A DNA stretch of 25,276 bases from Trypethelium eluteriae (lineage: Eukaryota): NCBI GenBank assembly GCA_051942245.1, contig JAVECL010000031.1, positions 62,001 to 87,276 on the forward strand. Reading direction: 5' to 3'. The notes beneath the pieces were generated by a model. The model saw nothing but the letters and a program-made list of their open reading frames with translations. It made no database searches and had not been told where the DNA came from. Of this stretch, positions 10,447-20,155 are shown one piece after another; positions within the stretch are counted from its first letter, which is position 1, and every line of letters starts with the position of its first letter. A program made the position numbers and the translations under genes.

Positions 10447-11833
10447 CACCAATGCGCTACCCAAACATGCGACAATGTATTTCAAACAGAGGGTCAATTC
10501 TAGAAAATGTGGATTTCTTCCGAGTCAATGCTCTGCTGACAGATTAAGTACAGACCCAAGGAATTCATAAAACAGCTCGACATTTACGTCAGAGAATGCG
10601 AGGCTAGTATATCAGCGAGACGAGATCAAGACACATCATACTAGAAGTCCTAGAAATACGGGTTGACCGATGAAGGGAAAACGACCCTTGACCGTCCTTC
10701 CAAATCATCCGTATCTCTGAGATTACGAAGTATGTGCGCCAATTGGCTTAGGAGAGAGATGTGATATTGGTATGTTGAAGCTGCTCTTATTGAAGAACAA
10801 GCACAAGAATCTCTGTCAGAAAAGATAAAGCTGAGGAAATATGTACCATAGTCTAAGTTGTGGCCTTGTCTAAAAGAGTTTTCTCCGTAAGAGTACAATC
10901 TGAGCGAAACAGTTAAGATATATTAGCATACATTCTCCTTCAAAGACTCTAGCCCTTCCTGCTATATCCTAATTTTAGTTGCAGAGGGTGGTTCTTCCCA
11001 GGTAAGGAAGGAATATTGCAGCATTGAACAGTAGTACTCGAGCTACAGAAGCTCTGAGACATGGCTATATGACATGAGATATGATTTCTAGACATTCATC
11101 GATCCTCGAGATGAGCATCGGGGTATTGTTCTGAATTGTTAAAGATTTCACGAAGTGAGCATGGCAGGCTGACATCGAATGTGAACGAGATTTTCTCCAT
11201 AAGGCGTACCCAGGTAGCCTACCCCATGTCGGACCACTTTCAAGCTTGGATGATTGTTGGGACGGAGGGTGTTTTACAGCCGAATTAGTCGTTCAAATTT
11301 CGATTCAATGAGAATTAGGGTGTAGGTAAAGGACAATATTACCGAAGTGCGCAATTGCGAAAGATGGAGTGTTGTGTTTTGCACCGGTCGCGGAGTTATG
11401 GACAAGGTAAGTCCGACCCTAACACTCACTTAGTGCCAAAGATGTTCAGGTCCGGGAAAAGATAACCCGATCATACGTCATTACGGCGGGTGTGGAGCAC
11501 CATTTGCCATGCAAGCCAATTTTCAACTCCATACAAATCTCCACCAATGCGCCCATCTCCACAACGCTTAAATCAAAAAAGTAATACTATCGGCCAATAG
11601 AAAAGACTTCAACGAGTACCACCTTCAAATTATCCTTACCAATTCCTTGTGGTGGTGGAGCCCCCCTGAAATAAAAACTTCATCTCGTCCTCGGCTACGG
11701 CGCCGCATAGGGATAAAGTCCACAGCTTTTGTCCAATAACCTTTCGTAACTTGCAGCGCCGACAGGTTACCTCAGATAGGCACTACAGATCTAGCACGGA
11801 CATCTCTGCGCTCTAAAGAAGCTCCAGTCAATT

Positions 11834-12922
11834 ATGTCTACAAAAGATTCTTCCCTTTACGGCGTTCCCCGGCCTAAGAAGTCAACTGGCAAAGAAATCT
11901 CGTCTTCAACCTCTCTCGCCTTCTCCTCCCACCTCTCCTCTCTAATCGCCTCCAACACGCCAAAAGCGTCCTCGACTGCTACCGCTAACTCCGGTCGCTC
12001 ACGTCCGAAGAAAGACTCAATATTCAATACACACAACAAAGGCACTCTAAAGCGTGCACACGCCGACATCTCTACCTCATCTCCAGCCTTCGAACAAAAA
12101 CACAGCACAAGCGGTGAAGCTCTCGACAGCACAGAATGGCGCCGCGCACAACGACGCATGGAAGACAAGGCCCGCCTATACGCCGCCATGAAACGCGGCG
12201 ACGTCGAAGACTCCGAGGAACGCCACCTCATCGACTTCGACCGAAAATGGGCGGAGCGGGAAGCAAAAGGGCTGGGGTCCGACTCCGAGGTCTCCTCTGA
12301 CGACGACGATAACGCGAGCGACGCCGACGAGGAGGTCGTAGAATACGTCGACGAGTTCGGGCGCACACGACAGGGCACGAAAGCCGAGGTGGCGCGGCAA
12401 GAACGCAACAAGAAGCGCAAGCTCGCAGCCCAGAGCGACGACCCCGATCGCTTCACTGCACGCCCTGCAGCACCGACGAACATCATCTACGGCGACGCGA
12501 TCCAATCCGCGGCCTTTGATCCCGACGACCCGGTTGCGGAGCAGATGGCGGAGCTGGCAGCGAAACGTGATAAGGAGCCGACACCGCCACCCGACGAGCA
12601 CTTTGATGCAAGGAAGGAGGTGCGGACGAAGGGGACGGGTTTCTTCCAGTTTAGTCGGGATGAGGAAGAGAGAAAGGCACAGATGGAGGGGTTGGAAGAG
12701 GAGAGGAGGGAGACGGAAAGGAGGCGGAGGGAAAGGGAGGAGCGGAAGGAGGAAAGAAAGAGGGAAATTGAGGAGAGGCGGAAGAAGATTGGGGAGAAGA
12801 GGGTACGCAAGCAGGCGGATGCATTTCTGGAGGGGTTGGGTGAGGAAATGTTTGGCAACAAGGTGGCGAAGGATGAGGGAAAAGACGGCAGCGATAAAGT
12901 CACTCAGGAGGGAGCTGGTTGA
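11834..12922 (+). CDS. CCDC174: CCDC174/DUF4078-family coiled-coil protein, 362 aa
   Basis: MEDKARLYAAMKRG, LIDFDRKW, VEYVDEFGRTR, HFDARKEVRTKGTGFFQFSRDEEER and an E/R-rich coiled-coil tail; single long ORF. The symbol refers to the metazoan homologue. Confidence 0.82.
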   Translation: MSTKDSSLYGVPRPKKSTGKEISSSTSLAFSSHLSSLIASNTPKASSTATANSGRSRPKKDSIFNTHNKGTLKRAHADISTSSPAFEQKHSTSGEALDSTEWRRAQRRMEDKARLYAAMKRGDVEDSEERHLIDFDRKWAEREAKGLGSDSEVSSDDDDNASDADEEVVEYVDEFGRTRQGTKAEVARQERNKKRKLAAQSDDPDRFTARPAAPTNIIYGDAIQSAAFDPDDPVAEQMAELAAKRDKEPTPPPDEHFDARKEVRTKGTGFFQFSRDEEERKAQMEGLEEERRETERRRREREERKEERKREIEERRKKIGEKRVRKQADAFLEGLGEEMFGNKVAKDEGKDGSDKVTQEGAG

Positions 12923-12951
12923 CATGAACAGAGCTATGTATGCTTGTGGTT

Positions 12952-13661
12952 CTATGCTGCTTCTTGCTCTCGGATCCGCTTGCGTACTGCCATGATTGCT
13001 TTACCCAATAGATTCTGACCCCAATCCTTGCGATTGGCCTCAGCAGTCTGGGCGTTGAAACCTACGCCCCATATTCTGTCAGTTGGAGACGCCTCTACAA
13101 GCTCCCTGTCTCCTGTCTCTAGCAAGAGCCGTCTCAGTTGTGGTTGGTCTAGGCAATTCGTAAACTTCCACCAGTTACCTTCTTCAACTATGCGGCTCTT
13201 GTCTGTTGGCTAGTGAGCGTCTAGTCGGTTGATAATTTTCGAGCGAAGAAGGGCAAGATCGGGACAGACTAATAGAAGCTTACTTTGATCCCATATCTTC
13301 CCATCGTATCCCTTCACCTTTCGCCCAAGTGCTTGATGTTTCCTCGGAACCGTGGTCTGCATCATCTGCTCTGTAGCTTCCTAAAAACCATTCAGTATAA
13401 TGCTTTGATATCTCAACTGAAGCTCGAAGGGCAGACGACAGATGAAACAGTACACCAGAAAAGTTTCATGTATACCTTATCCCCAAATAACTTCGCCTTC
13501 TGCGTCATCATCCACATCTCCGCATGATGATATTTGACGTCGTTGTGTTCGAACACGCACTCGTACCATTGTGAAAGGAATCCATACGGTTCCTCAAATT
13601 CCCTCCAAAAGAAGATGGGTCCGCTGTCGCTGCTGCTGAGGATGGTGGGCTGCTGTGCCAT
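12952..13661 (-). CDS. NADAR/YbiA-family (DUF1768) N-glycosidase; exons 13661..13476, 13380..13284, 13202..12952, 177 aa (218 aa if started at 13784)
   Basis: Spliced product contains IFFW..YGFLSQWY, AEMWMMTQKAKLFGD, HQALGRKVKGYDGKIWD, IVEEGNWWKF, LLLETGDRELVEASPTDRIWGVG and WGQNLLGKAIMAVR. Introns 13381-13475 (phase 0) and 13203-13283 (phase 1) have GT..AG ends and keep frame. Exons 2-3 are missing from the ORF track. Confidence 0.92.
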
Positions 13662-14179
13662 GACTATGGTTGACGTAATTGATCTAGATGGACCTGGAAT
13701 TTTTTCTGCAGCAGGCAGTAAGGGTGCGGGAGACCGTAATATGTTCGTGGTGGAGATTAGTCGCTGGATCACTTTCTTATTCATGCAGAGAGTGTGATAT
13801 TTTTTCCGGAAGGTGCAGCTGGTGCAAGGGTGACTGACAAAGTTACCTCTGCACGTCTGTCATGCAGAATTTAGACGCAAGGTATACCACGCAAGAGTAT
13901 GTGTACCTCTTTGAGCGCCCACCTATTTTCGAACTTCGCATCGTCACGAGAGGGAAATAGAAATCGAATACCTATGGTACGCTGTCTATCTTAGTTTCTA
14001 TGAGTCATCTGAATCTACCGAATCCTGAGCAAAATAGCAAAGGCGCGCTCCATTCACCAAGCAAAAGCGCTCGAATTCTGCCTCATCGATAAATGCAAAG
14101 AGCTAAGCGGGCTTACAAAACCAGGCTAGTATGATCAGCGAGATGTGCTAAGCCATTGCGACCTTCAGAGATGATGAAC

Positions 14180-15920
14180 CTATTCATCGTTGAATTTCGG
14201 ATCGCCAAGCTTCTCCACTAGCTCTAGCTGATCCTCAAACTCCTCTTCGTCGTCTGTCTCCGTTTCCATGCAGTCCTCAAAACTTGTCTCGGCATCGTCA
14301 GGATCACCGTTAGAATGTTCACGTTCAGGATTGGTCCCTGTCTCTGGGCAATACTCATTCTTCTCGTCGTCTGCATCGCCATCAGAAGCTGTCTCTTCAT
14401 CGTCAGAGAAATCTAGCTCCCGTAGTCTTTCTCTCTTTTCCGCGACTGCCACAGAAAGACTGATGTCTTTCATCATTATATCCTGTAGCCAACTTGCCGT
14501 AAAACCGCTCTCGATGGCGCTGTGGTCATGTGCAATGTTGTCAGCCAAAAGCTCCCTCATCTCCATGTCAACTCTATCCACGTTATTTCCATCCCTGGGA
14601 TATGTCTCGAGAGCCGCCCGGGCAAGAATTACGATACCGAGGTCAGAATACGGCGTTAGAAGCTTGAGCTTTTCGAGAACGAGGCGCCGTAAGCAGCCAA
14701 GATCTAGTTTAGCTGCCGTCACCCAGACGAATGCACAGTCTTCGATCCATTCCTGACGAATCTTCATGGAATATGGCTGTGGCTCTAGTCGAGGGAATGA
14801 GCCCTGAGGATCGATCAAGCGTGGCGACCAATCACCATTAATTAGGTAGAGTTCCACTTTCTTGAACCGTTTCGGATCTGTGTCATCTAGCCGTAAATGA
14901 ATGCCGTCGGGGGCATCCCAATCTATGCGTTCGCAAAGCTCCGTACTCAGACGATGAGGAGGAAGAGAAAAGACTTTCTCCTCTTTCTCACAACTGACGA
15001 GGACATTAATCATAAGCTCCTCTTGCCCGCGATGTTCTGTTAATGAGGTAGCGGCGCACTGGCTGTTTTCATAGTCATGTTGACCGCTTGAAGAGGAATC
15101 CTGCGCTTTCGACATGGAGCGCGAGCGAATTCTCTCGTTTTCAAGTGCTAAATCATAGAGGTCCTTGTTCTTACTGGATGTTGTTGATGCAAGTGACGGT
15201 AACATCGGAATGTCCTCCTTGCTTGTGGCGTGTACGAAGATCAGCTCATCATCATCCTCTTTCGTAATGTCCATTTCTCCATGGCCCCTGGTGCGATTTG
15301 TTCTCGGTGCACTTGGTCCTGGTTGACAAGCCGCCAGGTCAGGCGCGGACTTTGGCGGCGTCGAGAGTTGTCTTGAACTTGTTGAAGAGGCATCTTCGGG
15401 CAGGGTAAGCTCTGCGCTTCCCCTTGACCCATCGTTCGATTCCCCAGACAATGGACTGGCTAGCCTCTCCCGATTAGGTTGAACTGATCTGTGCTGCGGC
15501 TTCTGAGCGGACCGTCTATCTGGTTGTTCAGAGAGGACTTCTTTCCAGTACTCGATTGGCTGAAATTGCCATGCTAACTCGAAAGCGCGAATTCGTTGCG
15601 GGTCATGCTCAGTATCGCGCCGGATCTCCTCAAGTCCTCCGGGAGGTGGATCAGGGAATTCAACAAGTTTATCATTTTCTGCCCAATGCCTAATTTGGCA
15701 GCTCTCAGTAATAGCTCGCTACAGAATAGAGGGGCATGAGAACTCACAACTGATTAATCCCTATTGCTAGAACTGGGGTCGAGTCGGCGGTGGGCTGCTT
15801 GCCATGCATGAGCTCCGCGGTCATGATGTCATCAATCACAATTACAGGCCAGATGTCGTCAGGTTGGAGGAGCAAAAAAAAGTTCCCTGGTAAGATCGAC
15901 AGACCGCCGGAATCAGACAT
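14180..15920 (-). CDS. Protein with N-terminal PWWP-like domain, disordered linker, BTB/POZ-like domain and acidic tail; exons 15920..15748 and 15689..14180, 560 aa
   Basis: The frame of ORF 14180..15451 stays open up to an acceptor at 15690; intron 15690-15747 (GTGAGT..CTGAG..TAG, phase 2) joins ORF 15744..15926, whose ATG at 15920 is in ACCATG context. PWWP-like: IWPVIVIDD..PVLAIGINQLHWAENDKL..RAFELA..IEYWKEVL. BTB-like: INVLVSCEKEEKVFSL..LDDTDPKRFKKVELYLINGDWSP..FVWVTAAKLDLGCLRRLVLEKLK. Confidence 0.75.
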
Positions 15921-17550
15921 GGTCAATAATGATTAAACTCATTGATTGTAAATGAGTCTGCGTCTGAATGCTGAATTGCTGATCAAGGGCATGTCAATAA
16001 AACGAGTCCGACTTTCCGCGAAGGGTGGAGTTTGAAGTGAGAGGATTTCCTACAAACCTCGTCACTTGAGATGCGTATGTCTTTCACAAGCGAGATCTTA
16101 TTTTCGACCCGTAGGATGGCACTGGTCGTCTTTTCGGAGAGGTTGAGTAGAGAACAGACGAACAGCTCTTTTGCTAATCTCCTCTCAATTCTTTCGAGGG
16201 GCGTGCGTATAGCTTCGGATGTGCTTTTGTGTGGACCTCAAAGGCCTAGGGAAATGTGAGATAAGCGCTAAGACGGCAAAGGCTCCAAAAGTCTTGAGTA
16301 GAATGCAAGATAGAAAAGGTGAAAGTGAGTAAGAAAGCCCGAGTATCTGAGTGGAGTCTGAAAAGTGCACGAGCGAGCATTCACTTGAGCGAAAGACTAG
16401 CAAAAGTATCGCTGAACCTCTCTGAGAGATCAGCCTTGGTGAGGGCCTAGGGCAGAATGTAGGGCAGTCCTCTGAAACTTTCCCCATATCGTAGTTGCTG
16501 CGGCATATGCGATCTTGTGTTTAAAGGGAAGTTGAGCTTAGAATTAAGGGTACGAAGTTCGACAGAATCGACCATGGGACAGCTTATTGTGATGGTTAAG
16601 AAAGCATTTGACTCGTTTTTCTCTTCACTTATGATACTCGCTCATTAATCAGCAAATCAGCTTCCAATTCATTAGACCGAGTGTATTAATGAGACCGTGA
16701 GGTAATTTGTAGGATGGTGTTAAGAAAACAAATCCTTCGTGAAGATCTAGGGTACTCGTAAGGCCGATTCTGATTTGGGTCTGATACACGTCTTCGTCTA
16801 CTTCAAGAAATATATCAATATTCATCCCGCTCTTTACGGCTCACAGCGGGCGTCTTCTTTCCTCAAGGTCTGCAGATATTTGAGTTCTGGCGATAAGCCT
16901 TGTTGGCCAGACGCTCAAAAGCGGAACTCTGGGACCTACAAAGAGCTTATCTGGGGACCAGTGTGAATTGGTCTTCTGTCCTCGACTTGGTCTCATGGAA
17001 ATTCATGTAGCTAAATTCTCTAGCGGCGAATCTCTAAAGAAACGACCGAGTAATTGCGGTCGATAGCTTATACCCCTGCCGACGTAGTGCAGATTCATCA
17101 TGTTCAAGGGTACGTCGAGATCTCTGTCACAAGAGGAGTAGAAAGCCTGGTAGAATTTTGCGAATATAGTTGATCTCTAACAGCGACAGCTCGCATCCCG
17201 CAAAACCAAACCGACAAAGTCGAGCAATTCTGAGGGGAGTACTCAAGTGCTAGAAGTGAAATGAGAGAAAATTTGGATGCAGTTGCAGTGAAGGCAAAAC
17301 GCACAGACCAACCCTGTTACCCTTGCGGGTCTGGCCGCTAGCATTAGTAAGGTAACTTCGTATCTCATAGGTATCTTCTTGTTTGGTCATAAGGCTTGAT
17401 TTTAAAAGCCATCGCAAGCTTTCGTATTGATGCATTCCTCACGAAGATGTGAAATTTACAGGCCTCTTTCTTGGCTTGATTAAGAACCTCATCGAACGAG
17501 CATTTACACTCACTTCTCTTCCCTCTACTTTGATAATGTCCAATCCGTGA

Positions 17551-19490
17551 ATGCTGAAAATGACGACTCTCGCCAAAGCTTGCTTACCATGTCGATGCAA
17601 ACATCTCAAGTGCAGCGGAGGCGAACCGTGTATGCGGTGCCAATCAGAAGGGGATTCATGCTCCTATGTCGCGTCGCGTCGTGGCTACAAAGGTCCGCGG
17701 AAACGTAGACCGGATACGAAAGACACTCCCAACGACAGAAGATCACACCAAGAATCGCTTGACATGCTTCGAGTGCATTCTCAACCCTCTGCTTCGGATT
17801 CTCCCAGTATACCACCAATGGAAAATGAGTACGACAGAGATCAGTGCACAAAAGTATCAGCCTTTACTGATCAGGAGAATACTTCCAACTACTTTAATGG
17901 TGTGGACAATCTGGGTAATTTGGAGCCATTCACAGCTTTTTACAGCATCTTCTATCCTAACCATCCATTCCTTCTACCCAGAGTTCCTCTAATGCAAATG
18001 CTGGAGAGGAGGCACCTGCCCCATCTGGAACTCGCTATCCAATATATTGGAAGTCATTACATCTCCGCAGCATCCAGTAACGAGTACAGCGATACTTTGA
18101 GTAGCTGTCTAGCCCAGCAAGGTCTTCCTCGAGATGGCTTCATGGTTCAATCATTGCTTTTATTTGCCATGGGCCTACATCTCAGTGCTGAAGTGGAGCG
18201 CAGCGCACGTTATCTGGAATCTGCCATTACCTTGGCTCTGGAACTTGGTATGCATCAACTGAGCTTCGCTCAGCACAACGCTGGAAATAGTCCTATGGCG
18301 GTGGAAAGCTGGAGACGGACCTGGTGGGAACTCTACATAATAGACGGGTTAGCTGCTAGTATGAACCCATCCAGATTATTCCGCACCTGGGGCGTATCGA
18401 GCGATGTTTATTTGCCATGTGAAGACGTCTCATACTTTTCGGAGGTGAGTAGTCTTACTCGAGCAGCAAAAGCGACATAGAATTGTTTCGATCTGACAAA
18501 GTAATCAGGATATCCCTACGCCGCGCGCCATTACTGAGTACGATGATTCTGCTTTTTTGGGTACCGACATGGCATTCTCCTCTTATACATATCTTATCGA
18601 TTCTATTCGGTGTCTGGGAAGAGTCTTAGCGGTGAACCAAACAAGCCGAACTAAGGCCGATGGCTATTCCAATCATGCTGCGTTCGATATGGCCGATAAC
18701 TCCCTGATGAATTGGAGGCTTCACCTGCCTACGAGTAAAAAAGAAATCCTTGACCGCCATCGCCATATCGACAGGCTTTTATTCAGAGCTTATATGACTA
18801 TCAACACGTAAGCTTTTTCCATTGATTTACGGACATGCGATGCCGTAAGTCGAGAATACTAACTTTGATACCAGAGCAACAATCTTACTGCACAGACCTT
18901 GGTCTGAATTATGTTTTGAGGCTGTTCAGAACATCAAGACTTGCGTTCCTGACTTGAAGCCTGTACGAACAACCCGGATTCCGGAATATCACACCGCAAA
19001 AGCACAACAAGCGGCGAATCATTGTACACATCTGGCGAGACTTCCATCTTCCACTCAAAGCCATTCGCCCTTTCTTGCGTGCTGTATGGTGATGGCCTCG
19101 ATGGTTCACCTTTCACTTTGGTCATTTATGGTTCCCGATGGTGAAGATACCTCGATAAAAGAAGAGATTCGTCTCGAAATTGGCGTACTCAAATCATTAG
19201 GGGAACTCTGGCCTATAGCAAAGATGGCGTTGGGCCAGGTCCAAAGCGTGGCCCAGGAAATGCTAACTTCAAAGAGAGCACTGAGTATCCATTATTGGAA
19301 TTCAATGACTGGCAATCAGATCCTTCAAAATTTGATCGAAGAGGTTGATACCTTGGGGCCTGACTCGTCGGAGTATGTACCGTTCTCCAATATTCCCAGC
19401 CTTTCGAACGCAGTAGATGTGAACTCGCATCATTCGTCTGGGCCGTTTACTACAACAATAGAGCCAGGCCAATACCTCCATCAAACTTAG
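17551..19490 (+). CDS. Zn(II)2Cys6 transcription factor with fungal TF middle-homology domain; exons 17551..18444, 18509..18807, 18875..19490, 602 aa
   Basis: ACLPCRCKHLKCSGGEPCMRCQSEGDSC binuclear cluster followed by SRRG; FYPNHPFLLP, ESWRRTWWELY, LPCED, FSSYTYLI, ILLHRPWS, HSPFLAC. Introns 18445-18508 (GTGAGT..CTGAC..CAG) and 18808-18874 (GTAAGC..TACTAAC..CAG) keep frame. Start could be 17551 or 17560. Confidence 0.92.
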
Positions 19491-20123
19491 AGATGATAGG
19501 CACAACACTGGGAACGGTAGACAAGGACACTTAGATTATCCCTGCTCTAATGGACAGCCACCTACGCGTCGAGCTCCCGAGATCAAGATGCATTCGCCGA
19601 GATCGGTGCAAGAAGTGGTTGTGGCTAGACCACATGTCAGCCCGCTGTCACGATACCGACCACGAGAATCAACGGGCTAAGAAAGTCAGCTTTTTCACCT
19701 ATGAATCCACTTCCATCCTGACCACCCACAGTCTTGCAGAAGAGATCACGTATCTCTCCACGCGCAGTAGGTATCCCGATTACCGTCGCTCTTGCAAAGC
19801 AAGGATCCAGCTGACTCACTCCGATAAAAAGAGCTCCTGCTGTCCGGCCCGAACATTGTTACAAATCTCGCAGTCGTAACACACAACGTTTGGTACGCGA
19901 GCGACATCACCTCGTCACCAAGCGCACATGTCCTCTGGATCTTCAAGTCATCCAACCTGAGCCAGGACTGCGTGCAACCATCTTGGATAAATCGTATGTT
20001 CTGCACTCAGATGAAGCCTTCAAGGATGCAGCTAGTAAAGGTGGCCTATCTTGACGAGATACCGGGGCCGATTTAGAAGAGGACAATTCCGGAGCACGCG
20101 CCTGCGGAAGTCAGATCAATCCT

Positions 20124-20155
20124 GACGAGAAGGCCGACGAGAAGGCCGACGAGAA
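20124..20155. repeat. Tandem repeat, 12-bp unit GACGAGAAGGCC x2.7
   Basis: gacgagaaggcc gacgagaaggcc gacgagaa read directly; would encode DEKA-DEKA-DE on the + strand. Confidence 0.8.

Noticed and set aside
10650..11173. + strand frame that reads protein-like between TAG/TAA/TGA stops (possible RIP-mutated relic)
   Set aside because: Stop density is about what random sequence gives and no family motif is recognisable.
11857..12995. Several long antisense and alternate-frame ORFs over CCDC174
   Set aside because: Explained by GC-rich codons and the purine-rich E/R/K coiled-coil region, which suppress stops in other frames.
1..13784. Idea that HET (TIR-related, possible NADase) and NADAR form a toxin-antidote pair
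   Set aside because: They are ~9 kb apart with unrelated genes between, NADAR is widespread in fungi, and no ADP-ribosyltransferase is visible; nothing in the sequence links them.
16071..17435. Short ORFs between the PWWP-BTB and Zn2Cys6 genes
   Set aside because: No motifs or consistent splice model; treated as divergent intergenic/promoter DNA.
4440..19490. Secondary-metabolite cluster (esterase, thioesterase, methyltransferase, Zn2Cys6 TF)
   Set aside because: No PKS/NRPS/terpene backbone or transporter in the window; genes are interspersed with housekeeping-type and pectinase genes.
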